Shown here: positions 49,101-59,414 of the stretch, piece by piece
Position numbering within the stretch: the stretch's first letter is position 1
Layout: every line of letters begins with the position of its first letter
From: Candidatus Bathyarchaeia archaeon
GTDB taxonomy: Archaea > Thermoproteota > Bathyarchaeia > Bathyarchaeales > Bathycorpusculaceae
Assembly (NCBI GenBank): GCA_049515895.1
Contig: JBEKTQ010000012.1
Coordinates: 1 to 64,000, forward strand
Reading direction: 5' to 3'
Length of the DNA: 64,000 nt
The notes under the pieces: model-generated
What the model saw: the letters and a program-made list of their open reading frames with translations, nothing else
Databases searched by the model: none
Told to the model about the DNA's origin: nothing
Position numbers and translations under genes: made by a program

Positions 49101-50007
49101 CTTTTTGGCTTTTCGATTTGCTGTTTATTGGCAATATGAGAAAATTTGTAATTGCGATAATGCAAAGTGCAAACGAAGCAACAAGTATGACGATTACTAT
49201 AGGCGAGAAAAGGTCGAATCCATCGTTTCTATAAGTGCTTGTCACATCCACAATTGAAGAGTTCTCAAAAGCAAGTGACAGTATCGGTGCTCCCCAACCT
49301 TTCTCCTTCACAAAAAACATCGGATAACCTACTGCTCTAGAGCCTGTGGAGTTTAGTGATGCATCGACACGAATCCATGTGCCATTAGTTAATAAGACCT
49401 CATTAAACGCATGGTCGTTGAAAATGTTATCAACTATTCGGCATCTGTATCCTTGTGAGATGCAGAGTTCAGCGTATAATATAGCGAATTCTATGCACAT
49501 TCCTTTGCCGTACTGGTAGATTTTTAGGGGGTCGCTGTTTCTTTGAAGGTCTGATTTGTTATAGAAAATCAAATTTTGGTTTTCCCAAACGATGAGTTCA
49601 GTATAGTTGTAGCTTTTTCCCAGCAAGGTCTTAAAGTATTGAATCTCGTTCGGGTTTTGAAGATTTTGAGCTATGGTTCTGTCTTGAACAGTAGCAGAAA
49701 TACCGTAAACTGGTGTTGCAAAAAGTATACACACCAACATGCAACCGAATAGACGTTTGAAAAGAGTTCTGTTTAACATGCGATAGAATAAATAGCTGAA
49801 TAAACCAAAGAAGGACAAAAAAAGCACCCAGAGTTCTTGAGAGAGCCACCCTTCATACACGCCAATAACGATTATGAAGAAAGAACAAACTACAAGAGTA
49901 AGTAGAATAGCAAGGGAATTGCTTACTTTTTCTGCTTTTTCCTTTGAAATCTTACCTTTTAGTTTTAGTCTTGGCAATGATTTGCACTTTCCTAACCAAG
50001 TAAACAA
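49045..50007 (-). CDS. Membrane protein with transglutaminase-like (PNGase-like) domain
   Basis: GKGMCIEFA (Cys), DHAFNEV (His), WIRVDAS (Asp); 3 N-terminal and 1 C-terminal TM. Confidence 0.85.
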   Translation of the reverse strand: MFTWLGKCKSLPRLKLKGKISKEKAEKVSNSLAILLTLVVCSFFIIVIGVYEGWLSQELWVLFLSFFGLFSYLFYRMLNRTLFKRLFGCMLVCILFATPVYGISATVQDRTIAQNLQNPNEIQYFKTLLGKSYNYTELIVWENQNLIFYNKSDLQRNSDPLKIYQYGKGMCIEFAILYAELCISQGYRCRIVDNIFNDHAFNEVLLTNGTWIRVDASLNSTGSRAVGYPMFFVKEKGWGAPILSLAFENSSIVDVTSTYRNDGFDLFSPIVIVILVASFALCIIAITNFLILPINSKSKSQKVNIQSLIDNTAFQNFCYF

Positions 50008-50956
50008 TTGTAAAAGATATACAAGCGACTGTAAATGAGACTATCACTACTTCTTGAGTTGGATTCCCACTTGGAAAAGGATAGTTATCCTTCACATTTG
50101 CCAATGCGATTATTGCTGTTGTCTCTGTGTTAGCAGTAGCCGAGACCGAAGGCACAATTGAACCATTAACTAAAACATAACCAGTTATTACTCCACCATT
50201 GCTCTGTTGCAAAGATGCGATAATATTTTCAACCCTGTTATTGACTGATGCATTTACGATGTTGAGGTCATTTGAGAGAATAAGCGCTAATCCTATCTTG
50301 TACGTTTGATATATATGATAAGATTGGCTGTTTGGGTTAAGAAATGGTTTATCAGCAAATCCGTTTCCATCCCACATCTTAATCATTGCATTGTAGTTGT
50401 CTGTTGCTCCACTAATGTTTCCTTGATTGAATAGAGATATTCCTCTCAAAGCTAACAGGTCTGCATAACTTGTCCAGTCATTCATTTGGGTGTAGTTATC
50501 TACCTCTGTAACTATTGAGTAGTTTGAACCGTTGATTAAGGAGGAACCGTTTGATTGTGAAGAATTACGGAAAACATCAGGAAGGACATCACCGATTAAA
50601 GCTTCATGCTTGTAGGAGATTGGGAGACCGTTTGAGTCGTGGGGTAGATTATTGCTGTTGACATAGTTCTTCAGAGTAGCAGCGATTTCATTGCTTATTG
50701 TTGGGTCGTCATTTCTTAATGCGTAGTATGCTAATAGATTGTCTGAAACTAACCAGTAGGTAGGCGAATTATTAGTTTCTGGAATCAGACCTATCTTTGA
50801 ATTGTAATTGTTTACGAGATATTGCACTGCTTTTTGGTGTATCGTTGCGGAGTCAACGTTGTTTTGTGCCAATGATGGAGTAATTGTTGCAAGCAAGAAA
50901 ATTGCCAAGATAATCGATACTAAAGCTTTTCTAAGCATAAATTCATTCGTGTGCAT
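49952..50956 (-). CDS. Secreted, C-terminally anchored helical (alpha/alpha-barrel-like) protein
   Basis: Signal peptide, YWLVSDN, MWDGNGF, LQQSNGG, NTETT, C-terminal TM. Confidence 0.7.
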   Translation of the reverse strand: MHTNEFMLRKALVSIILAIFLLATITPSLAQNNVDSATIHQKAVQYLVNNYNSKIGLIPETNNSPTYWLVSDNLLAYYALRNDDPTISNEIAATLKNYVNSNNLPHDSNGLPISYKHEALIGDVLPDVFRNSSQSNGSSLINGSNYSIVTEVDNYTQMNDWTSYADLLALRGISLFNQGNISGATDNYNAMIKMWDGNGFADKPFLNPNSQSYHIYQTYKIGLALILSNDLNIVNASVNNRVENIIASLQQSNGGVITGYVLVNGSIVPSVSATANTETTAIIALANVKDNYPFPSGNPTQEVVIVSFTVACISFTIVYLVRKVQIIAKTKTKR

Positions 50957-51348
50957 TTCATGTTATTGAGCTTTGTTATATAGACTATCGAGATTAGTCT
51001 TATCGACATTAGAGACTTCTTTTCAAAGTTTACCAGTTAAACTTAACTTTAAGACTCGCATAAGAGTCAAACGGAGCTAAATAATTGAAGAAAAAAGATA
51101 GCGTAGAAGTAAGTGAAGCAGAGACTTTTAAATCATACGATGAAAAGCTGAATGAGAAGTACGGTGACAATTGGATGGGAAAAGGCAAGTGTACTGGACT
51201 AGAGTTTAAACGGTGGTTAGCTCTACGTGACAATAAAACAGAAATTCCTTGAATCTGTTTCTTGCCTTTGACAGTTATCCAGCGAATTGAAGGGCCAAGA
51301 GTAATAGACCTAGAAAGTAAGACCGCTTTTCCATCAAACATTCTTTTT

Positions 51349-52365
51349 CTATTGTGAATGATGTTGGCTGGGAAAATACGTTTCTAGCGTTGTGTCATGG
51401 TCTTTCTGGGGTTCTTTAGTCTTTTTTGGTTTATCACCGAGTTTTTGAATTTTCTGATTGAATCCTGCAAAACATTCCAGTTTTGAGGTCTTGTTGTTGA
51501 TGAAATCTAAGAGTTTATCACAGCTTTTCTTATGGAATTCATCTCTGAGGTCTTCCCAGTAATGGGTATATGGTCCTTGCTTGGAGACCAGTATTATGTC
51601 GTAGAAGTAAGTGTCATTTCCTAGCCGAATATTATTCACATAAGCTGGCATATGCCTACCAGTGGTTTCATATTTGATTTTCTCATAGGCTTTCTTTAGT
51701 TTCTCCATGTAGATTTCAAGAGATTGCTTTCTGGCATACTTTGCAATACGCCATGATTCGTCTCCGAAGAATCTGTTGAGTTTTTCTTCCGATACGGATG
51801 GGACTCTTCTGAACATTGCAGTAGGATAATTAATTATTATGTCAGCCTTTGCTTTCATCACTGTTTCGAGTGTTTTCCACTCTGCATCGAAGCCTTCGTT
51901 GTCTATGAAGACCAGATTGTGATATGGATAATTAGCGAATATTTCTTCAGCGACTAAATTGCAGTCTTTTTTGAGGATTTCACACTTTTCCCCGAAAACG
52001 CTTGTTCTTATCTTTAATGCTTCATTTTTTTCTCGGTTGTTCTCTACAAGCACATACTTGGAGAATGGATACATTTCAGCGAATGTGTCAACTGCGAAAA
52101 CAGACCCTTTGATTAGTTTTCCTTTGACTTCTTCGATTCTTGTTTTTCCAGCACCAGCAAGTAAATCGACAAACCTGTAGTTGTGACTTTGGAAGTTTTT
52201 ATTAATGATTTTTGAGTATAAATCAGCCCATTGACCGAGTAGAAGTAGTTTAGCCACTGTCCGTTCGTGTCCTTTGTTAAACACTAAAGTGTCTGTTCCA
52301 TCGTCTTCAATAACTAAGCTTCTGACTTTTCTCTCTAACAGTTCTGATTCATGTTTTGTGCTCAT
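51349..52365 (-). CDS. tcmP: Three-Cys-motif partner protein (methyltransferase-like fold)
   Basis: FVDLLAGAG, KGS, LVFID, LNRFFGDESW; overlaps the DUF5131 gene. Confidence 0.8.
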   Translation of the reverse strand: MSTKHESELLERKVRSLVIEDDGTDTLVFNKGHERTVAKLLLLGQWADLYSKIINKNFQSHNYRFVDLLAGAGKTRIEEVKGKLIKGSVFAVDTFAEMYPFSKYVLVENNREKNEALKIRTSVFGEKCEILKKDCNLVAEEIFANYPYHNLVFIDNEGFDAEWKTLETVMKAKADIIINYPTAMFRRVPSVSEEKLNRFFGDESWRIAKYARKQSLEIYMEKLKKAYEKIKYETTGRHMPAYVNNIRLGNDTYFYDIILVSKQGPYTHYWEDLRDEFHKKSCDKLLDFINNKTSKLECFAGFNQKIQKLGDKPKKTKEPQKDHDTTLETYFPSQHHSQ

Positions 52366-53146
52366 TCTTCTTCCCTGTGATGAGTTGGTTATCTTCGAAC
52401 CATGCTGGTCTAATGGCTTTCCTTATCACTAGTGAAGTCTCTGGAAGCTTGTTTAGAAGCTCGGTTGTTTGCTTTAGCGTGGGTTCTCTAAGCTTATGAC
52501 AATAATTGTCATAGCCAACATAAACAATGAATGGGTTAATTTCTTCTATCCATTTAATGAAGGTCTTCAATTCAAAGTCCAAAATTGGTTCAATAGATAC
52601 TATTTTTCTGTCCCAGTCAAGAGCCTTCATAGCTTCATATCTTTCACTTGGAAGAGGAGCACCTGAAACTTTGTCTGTTTGCACTATTTCATCAATGTTT
52701 GTTTCAATTGTTGCTCCCAGAATAGCTTTCTCTGGAATCTGCGGTAAGAGTTCAATGTATCTTTTCGGGTTCTTAGTCATGAAGAGGAAGTCTGCTTCTG
52801 GGAACTGTCTAATGTGGTCTAAGACCTTGACAATCCATTCAGTGGGTATGAAATCAGCGAACATGTCACCCATGTCAGAGACAAAGATTAGGTCTCCTTT
52901 GACGAATCTGACATTCAACTCTGATTCGTTTAAGCTGGGTTTGAAGCCTTTCGAGTACCTTTTGGCATTCTTCAGCTTAGTTACTGCTAAGTCTTTAGCC
53001 CAGCAATAGTTACAGTTGTATAAGCATCCTGAGATGGGATTCCATGTTGCCGTGACTATGTTGAACATTTTGCCATGATTCTTCTTGTTTAAGCTTTGCT
53101 CAATCATAGTTTTAATTAGTGTGAGGGTTTGATTTTTCTTTAGCAA
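52349..53146 (-). CDS. DUF5131 (phage Gp37/Gp68) radical-SAM-like protein
   Basis: TWNPISGCLYNCNYCWA (CxxxCxxC), IFVSDMGD, MTKNP, VSIEP. Confidence 0.88.
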   Translation of the reverse strand: MLKKNQTLTLIKTMIEQSLNKKNHGKMFNIVTATWNPISGCLYNCNYCWAKDLAVTKLKNAKRYSKGFKPSLNESELNVRFVKGDLIFVSDMGDMFADFIPTEWIVKVLDHIRQFPEADFLFMTKNPKRYIELLPQIPEKAILGATIETNIDEIVQTDKVSGAPLPSERYEAMKALDWDRKIVSIEPILDFELKTFIKWIEEINPFIVYVGYDNYCHKLREPTLKQTTELLNKLPETSLVIRKAIRPAWFEDNQLITGKKNEHKT

Positions 53147-53257
53147 ACTAAAATATTCTTCATCAGTAACTTTCGTTAGTCTTCTTGTTTTTGTTGAAAT
53201 GATGTATTCCTCAAGTCCTCTGAGATTATGAAATGGTTGTCTTTTTAGTTTTTTTAA

Positions 53258-54454
53258 CTATACTTCTGTTAGTCTGCCACTTATTGCATCAATCAGGTCT
53301 ATTCTCTTAGACCCATCTTGAGTTACTAAACTGCTGACATAAAATGGATAGTATACCACTGAAACGGTATTTACTTTAGCCTTCCAATAGGCTTCAATCC
53401 GCTTCACTATGTCACTTGCTTCTATCATTGGAGAAATGAATGCCCCTTCCTTTCGGGGTATCTCCTGAATGGTTAGTCCATCAGAGATTGATTTGAGAAG
53501 ACGGGGGTCATTTGGAAATGCTACTACAGGTTTGTATAATGTTACACCTCTATTTCCTGTTCCAGTTTTGACTGCACCTACAGAAGTTAACCTGCTCAGA
53601 ATCTTTCTAGCTTTACCTTCAGAGATACCTATGCCACTAATACTTTTTGAACTGTGCCAATCTCCTTCTTTCATACACTTAAGAACACCAATTTCTTCTT
53701 CACTAAGAAGCCTCAAAAATGGGTAGGGTGAGGATATGCCTTCTTCCGCGACAATCGTTATATCACCGTTTTTAGCATCAAGGCTTACTCTAACAGTTAT
53801 TATCTTCTGAACCGTTCTTTTACTCATCAAACCTGTCTTTTCAGTTTCGCTTATAGTAGCTTGGATTTCCGCTTCATAATAGGGAAGATACTGTAGAGAG
53901 ATAGAGTCCAATTTTTCATTGATTTTTCCTGTTCTTAAGAAACCGCCTTTTGCACGTTCTTCTAAAGTATTTTTCTCTATTCTCTCTGCATCTTGAATCG
54001 ACAAATTGAATTTGACTACACGTTCTTTAACAGATACTTCGGTCGCTAATCCTTTTTCTGAAGCACTTATTTCAATTTCTCCAAGTAACTTTGCAAGTTG
54101 TTCTCTATCCCATAATTCAACACTATGTCCCCTAGCAGTCATAACGGCTTCAGGAGTAAAGTAGCTAGTTGTTACAATGATTCCACGGTCTGCTCCCAAA
54201 TCGTCAACTATCTGTATCAGTTTCATGATTCGGTCCTTGTCTACGGGTAGGTCATAGCATTTCGCTTCGATAATCACTTTAGAAGTGTGCAGTGGACATC
54301 TGTATTCAACCAAAACGTCTATCTGGTGCTCTGCTCCTGACCTTCCAACTTTCTTTGTATCGTGGATGACATCATAGCCCATCTTTTTGAAAAGTTCCGT
54401 GAGTTTTAATTCGAAAGCTAAACCCTTTTCATGAGTTGTTACGTTCTTAACCAT
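53258..54454 (-). CDS. Mrr-family restriction endonuclease with extended C-terminal region including a wHTH
   Basis: KGLAFE..GY..HQIDV..IEAK..GIIVTTSYFT..ELWD. Confidence 0.88.
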   Translation of the reverse strand: MVKNVTTHEKGLAFELKLTELFKKMGYDVIHDTKKVGRSGAEHQIDVLVEYRCPLHTSKVIIEAKCYDLPVDKDRIMKLIQIVDDLGADRGIIVTTSYFTPEAVMTARGHSVELWDREQLAKLLGEIEISASEKGLATEVSVKERVVKFNLSIQDAERIEKNTLEERAKGGFLRTGKINEKLDSISLQYLPYYEAEIQATISETEKTGLMSKRTVQKIITVRVSLDAKNGDITIVAEEGISSPYPFLRLLSEEEIGVLKCMKEGDWHSSKSISGIGISEGKARKILSRLTSVGAVKTGTGNRGVTLYKPVVAFPNDPRLLKSISDGLTIQEIPRKEGAFISPMIEASDIVKRIEAYWKAKVNTVSVVYYPFYVSSLVTQDGSKRIDLIDAISGRLTEV

Positions 54455-54471
54455 GAAACAAACATTCCTTT

Positions 54472-54717
54472 TTACTTACTTCTAAATATCACAATGTTCA
54501 ACCACATTTCTTCAAAACTTTGGTTGCCTGCGTTAGGATAGAGTTCTTTATATGCGCTCGTTATCATCCCAGCGGTTATCATCACATGCGCAAATGACTT
54601 GAAGGTGAGTCCATCAGTACATTCTTTAAGAATCTCAATATTCTTCTGATTATCAGTCACGCTTGTTACCTCTTCAGTGTTTATGGTCCATTTGTTTAAG
54701 TGTTTTTTGCACATCAA
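54472..54717 (-). CDS. Small hypothetical protein
   Basis: 81-aa ORF co-oriented with mrr. Confidence 0.4.
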   Translation of the reverse strand: MMCKKHLNKWTINTEEVTSVTDNQKNIEILKECTDGLTFKSFAHVMITAGMITSAYKELYPNAGNQSFEEMWLNIVIFRSK

Positions 54718-55615
54718 AAATCAAACTGAACCTATGCCAAAATACGCCAAAACCATCTTAAGAATCATCCAATCCCCAAAATCCCAAAAGGAACTCCCGT
54801 CAATCTCCTCTTCATAAGTCTTCGGTCAATCTCCTGTTTTTGGGGGATTTACCAATGTTTATCAATGTCCATTGTTCTTCGTTTTTCTTCGCTGGGTATC
54901 TCTGAGAAGTTTTGCTTTCTTTGTTCACTAAGGTATTTCTTGTATTAGCCATCTTTTTTTAGATTTTAAGCACATTCTTCAATTCTGTTGACTACTTTTG
55001 GTCGTCCAAGAAGAGATTTGCCCTTTGTTGTTAACACATTTACCAGTTTTATCTACACATTCTGATATGTTTTTTAATGGTTTTTTAAGTTCAACCCTCG
55101 GTCAAAATTCGGCTAGAAAGACAGGGGAAAAGCATGTAAATCCTGTCCCCTTACCTCAAACACATTGGTCAGAACGACCCCTGTAGCGTAGTTTTTCTCC
55201 AAAATGAGGGTTTCGTTCGTTTTGGCTTTTCAAGGTTAAAAGATTATTTTCTTTCAAGGAATTAGAAATGTGTTGATTTACACATTTTCCGCAAAGTCTA
55301 CACAATAAAATTGGAAGCTACACAATAGAACTGGACAATGCCATAATCTCTAAACTATTTGCCAAAGCAAAGAGAAAAAAGAAGGTTAACCTGTTTAGCT
55401 TATCGAAATACCCTTGAAGGAAAGCGAATATTTTCACGGAACTGCGGATTTGAGCATGAAGACGTAACAGAAGTGGCTAGACATGAGAACAAAGGTCATA
55501 GACCTAACACAACTTAAGGAATTGTGAGAACTCGCAATCTGAAAGGTGATAAGGCGTACCAAAAGGAAAATCTTAAGCAGTAGACACCGCAACTAACTCT
55601 GAAGCTGGTTCGACA

Positions 55616-56437
55616 ATGGTACACGATGAGAAGGTAAGAATGTCTGAACAAGACGCAATTTACTCAAAAATTCTAATAGATGCCATTCATGTGTGTAAAA
55701 ATTACAGACCACGCTTCGGGTCTCAGAAAAAGGGGTACACTCTTGAGGAATTCAAGGTCCTTTATGGACAAGACCCATTCTATTCTTGGATGGGACTTGA
55801 TTCTCCGCTTCTCTATTCAGCACATAAAGCTGCTGGTGGCATGACTTCAATTTATCGGCAAATAGGCATTGGTTGCCAAGAACTTTTCTTAAGAATATTG
55901 ATGGATTACATTGGACTTACTAAAAATGAGGCTACTTGGTCGTACAAGATAAAAAGACCTGACGGAACATCACGCACTCTTTCGCTTGATGGACGCATTC
56001 CCTTAAGCTCTGTTAAAGAGAAAGCAAAAAAGGAGACTATTCATAACTGGTTGTTGGAAGCTGGACGAAAACTAAGAGTTCAGGAAAGTATCCTGTCAGT
56101 TCTAAACGGAGTAGTTTTTGAGGTTCGGCAAGGGTATAAAAGCAAGGATTCGAAAAGGCAAAATGCAGACATAGCCAATGCAGCTATGGCTTACACCGAA
56201 GGTTATCTCCCCGTAACTCTTCTATTGTCCAGTCAGATTGATAACGACATAGCCAATAGATACGAAGAGCAAAGATGGGTAATTCTCAGAGGTTCGATTA
56301 ATGGTTCTCCCTATTTGTCCACGTATGCCTTTTGCAAACAGATTCTGGGATATGACCTTGCAAGTTTCTTTGAGAGAAATTCCCCACGGTTCAAGAATGA
56401 GGTTGAAAACGTCTTAAAGTTGTTGCTGTCCCCATGA
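55616..56437 (+). CDS. Putative type II restriction endonuclease
   Basis: SLDGRI..FEVRQGYKSKD PD-(D/E)XK-like core; ATGA overlap with the methyltransferase. Confidence 0.75.
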   Translation: MVHDEKVRMSEQDAIYSKILIDAIHVCKNYRPRFGSQKKGYTLEEFKVLYGQDPFYSWMGLDSPLLYSAHKAAGGMTSIYRQIGIGCQELFLRILMDYIGLTKNEATWSYKIKRPDGTSRTLSLDGRIPLSSVKEKAKKETIHNWLLEAGRKLRVQESILSVLNGVVFEVRQGYKSKDSKRQNADIANAAMAYTEGYLPVTLLLSSQIDNDIANRYEEQRWVILRGSINGSPYLSTYAFCKQILGYDLASFFERNSPRFKNEVENVLKLLLSP

Positions 56438-57666
56438 ATAGTGTTGACTTAACATTCAAGCATAATATCAATAAAGGCAGACATGGCTGGATTCGATTAA
56501 CACCCGCTTATTCGATAATTTTAGTGAAGAACATTCTCGATGACTTATCAGATGGCGAAAAAGAGTATGTTCTTGACCCCTTTTCTGGAACAGGAACCAC
56601 AGGATTAGTGAGTGCCGAAAGTGGGATACCTTGCGATTTGTATGAAACAAATCCATTTCTCGAATGGATTGCAAGAGCTAAAACGCGAAGATATTCTTCA
56701 GACCAGATTGAAAATGCTCGAAAAGCAGCATTACTAATAATAAAAGACGCAAACGATTATCCAAGCAATAAACTATGGGCACCAGCTATTTTCAGAATAG
56801 AGCGATGGTGGAATCCCACGGTATTAGATGTTCTGAAACGTGTTTGTTTTGGGATTAGTCTAAATACTGAAAAAGATGATGGGTACATAGCTGATTTGCT
56901 CAGAGTCGCATTTTGTAAATTGCTAATCAAGTGGTCAAATGCAGCTTTTAATCATCAATCCATGAGTTTCAAACAAGAGGCACAAAATGATTCACTCAAA
57001 GACAACTTGCTGAAAGAAATGCTTGATTTCTTTGAACTCGAGTTGAACCAGATATTAGAAGCAGCATCACAAAATCCAAATGCTCAGGTAAATGTTTACC
57101 TTCATAACTCAAAGAAAATGCCTTCAGACATAAAGAGTAGGTATACTTGTGTCATCACATCCCCGCCTTATGCTAATAGAATGAGTTACGTAAGGGAAGT
57201 GAGACCCTACATGTATTGGCTGAACCTAATTAAAGAAAGCAAAGAAGCTGCTGACATAGAATGGGATGCAACAGGTGGAACATGGGGCACAGCAACAAGC
57301 AGGCTCAATGGCTGGAAACCCAGAGGGTTTTTCAAAAATGATAGAGAGTTCTTGGAAATGATTACTAAAATTAATGCGGAAAGTCAATTACTGGCTAATT
57401 ATGTTCATAGATATTTTGAAGACATGTATTCTCATTTTTCAAGTCTCTCTTCAGTCCTAAAACAAAGCGCACAATTGCACTATATCATCGGAAACTCGAA
57501 GTTCTATGATATTATTGTTCCAACTGAAGAAATTTACGCTAAAATCATGAAGAACAATGGATTTGAAAATGTCAAGACAAACCTGTTGAGGAAAAGAAGC
57601 TCCAAAAAAGAGCTATATGAGTTTCATATTTCTGCGAATTATGAAAAATCTTCATTAATGTGCTGA
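56434..57666 (+). CDS. Amino-DNA methyltransferase, probably N4-cytosine, motif I before motif IV
   Basis: VLDPFSGTGTT and ITSPPY. Confidence 0.9.
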   Translation: MNSVDLTFKHNINKGRHGWIRLTPAYSIILVKNILDDLSDGEKEYVLDPFSGTGTTGLVSAESGIPCDLYETNPFLEWIARAKTRRYSSDQIENARKAALLIIKDANDYPSNKLWAPAIFRIERWWNPTVLDVLKRVCFGISLNTEKDDGYIADLLRVAFCKLLIKWSNAAFNHQSMSFKQEAQNDSLKDNLLKEMLDFFELELNQILEAASQNPNAQVNVYLHNSKKMPSDIKSRYTCVITSPPYANRMSYVREVRPYMYWLNLIKESKEAADIEWDATGGTWGTATSRLNGWKPRGFFKNDREFLEMITKINAESQLLANYVHRYFEDMYSHFSSLSSVLKQSAQLHYIIGNSKFYDIIVPTEEIYAKIMKNNGFENVKTNLLRKRSSKKELYEFHISANYEKSSLMC

Positions 57667-57741
57667 ATTGAAAAGATGAGAGAGATTCTAAATCTCTAAG
57701 TTTTAAATATCAACACAGCACAAACAACTAAACGATTCCAA

Positions 57742-58644
57742 ATGACCACTACAACTAAAGAAATGAAACTTACTTTGACTCTGAGAGACCCCAGAGCAAA
57801 AGAAATCGTTGAAGCAATCCCAGTCAAACAAAGAGATGAAGCCATAGAAAAGTACATCATACTTGGAGACATGGTTGTCTCTCACGCTTCACTAACCACC
57901 AGTAAAGAGACCGTGGAACAATTCTTCGCACCCCTCACACAAGATATAGAAAACATAAGAGAACAACTAAGACAGATAGTTCCCACAGTAAAAACTCCTT
58001 CAATGAAGGGGAAAATAACAGTAGAAGCAGTATATAATAGTCTGCGAGAGCACTTCATGGATGACACATTCGAAGATGTCTCAAGAATAGGAAAATACAC
58101 AGACATCCTTGCCACAACTTCAGAGTCAAAAACTCCTGTCCTAATAGAATTAAAAGACTACGATAACACCGTACCTACAATTGAAGTAGAAAAGTTTTGG
58201 AGAGACATAGAACTCAGAGGAACACGATACGGAATATTCATTTCCATGCGAACAGCCATAACAAAGTGCTCAAGTTGCATCAACCTCAAGACAGAAATGA
58301 ACAAGACAGCCATTTTCGTCAACAACAGTGAACTCAACTGGTCAGGACATATCTTCGCTTTTTATGTCATCAAAAAGATAGCGGAACTAGAATCTATCAA
58401 GAAGAAAGAGTTGAAAGGCGAAGAGGTCAACAAAGTGATTGCTAAAGTCAACAAGCACATCCAAGACCTACAGAAACAAGTTGACTCCATAGAAAAGATA
58501 ATCGAAATCTCTGAGAAGCTCAAAACAACCGCTAAGAACAGCCTTGAGGACTTAATCAGCATTTCAAACGCTTTGAAGAGAAATATGAACGAGAAAATCA
58601 AGGATGTGCTTACTGATTTGGAAGGAGTAACCATCTGTGAATAA
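57742..58644 (+). CDS. Coiled-coil PD-(D/E)XK nuclease (RmuC/DUF2130-like)
   Basis: SMKG..TDI..LIELKDY..VEKFWRD..GIFIS; flanking coiled coils. Confidence 0.7.
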   Translation: MTTTTKEMKLTLTLRDPRAKEIVEAIPVKQRDEAIEKYIILGDMVVSHASLTTSKETVEQFFAPLTQDIENIREQLRQIVPTVKTPSMKGKITVEAVYNSLREHFMDDTFEDVSRIGKYTDILATTSESKTPVLIELKDYDNTVPTIEVEKFWRDIELRGTRYGIFISMRTAITKCSSCINLKTEMNKTAIFVNNSELNWSGHIFAFYVIKKIAELESIKKKELKGEEVNKVIAKVNKHIQDLQKQVDSIEKIIEISEKLKTTAKNSLEDLISISNALKRNMNEKIKDVLTDLEGVTICE

Positions 58645-59260
58645 TCTATGTCCATTCTTCAAGACTGACTGTCATGGTAACGAATGTGCAATGTGGAAAG
58701 ACGAGCATTGTCTCATCGTTAATTTCCTTCAAAGTTTTCAACAGTATGCTTCAGAAGGCTCTGAAGCTTCATCGGAAGAGGGAATGGGAATAGATGTTGA
58801 AGTACCTGTAAGAGAAAGTGCAAGAGTGCCTAAGTGGTTGAAAACTGCCACTGCTGAATCTTTAGCTAAGGAAATTCTTGAATTTAAAGATGAAAAGTTC
58901 CCAGATGGAGATAGGTTTGGCACGTACTCTGCTTCTCGACTGTTTTGGAGTAGTAGAGGGGTGCAGAGGTTTGGTTTGACACCTGAAATAGAGACAAAAA
59001 TCGAGCAAGCGGACATGTTGGCAGAACAACAGATGAGGAAAGAAGAAGCTGATAAGCGTGTTGAACGATTCACAAGAGAGAAAGAAGAACTCCCATCGTT
59101 GATAGGTCAATGTGTAGATTATGCTAGGTCGAATGAGTTGAAGAAGCTCACTCAAGGCGAAGTAGAAGCTTTTGTCCAAGAGAAAGGCATGGATATACTA
59201 CCTGAAACATTGAGGCTTCTTTGGACTAAAACCAATTTAGCGTTAAAGACTGGAAAATAA
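58637..59260 (+). CDS. Hypothetical protein with N-terminal Cys4 motif
   Basis: CPFFKTDC..EC.MW..C; overlaps the upstream gene. Confidence 0.7.
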   Translation: MNNLCPFFKTDCHGNECAMWKDEHCLIVNFLQSFQQYASEGSEASSEEGMGIDVEVPVRESARVPKWLKTATAESLAKEILEFKDEKFPDGDRFGTYSASRLFWSSRGVQRFGLTPEIETKIEQADMLAEQQMRKEEADKRVERFTREKEELPSLIGQCVDYARSNELKKLTQGEVEAFVQEKGMDILPETLRLLWTKTNLALKTGK

Positions 59261-59414
59261 CAAAGCCGAAGGCGCGTGTGCTATTCAAAGACCTACCAGA
59301 CTTCAAACAGTACTGGGAAGAGAACATTGGCGAATGGGAAAACTCAACAATAGTCTGAATACATGAGTTTGAGTCGTAAGTAAAATTTAAAATGTCTAAA
59401 GAACAATACCTGAC

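Noticed and set aside
54799-54837. Duplicated GTCAATCTCCT 11-mer
   Set aside because: Reads as AGGAGATTGAC on the minus strand, compatible with SD/start remnants of tiny decayed ORFs; too short to support more.
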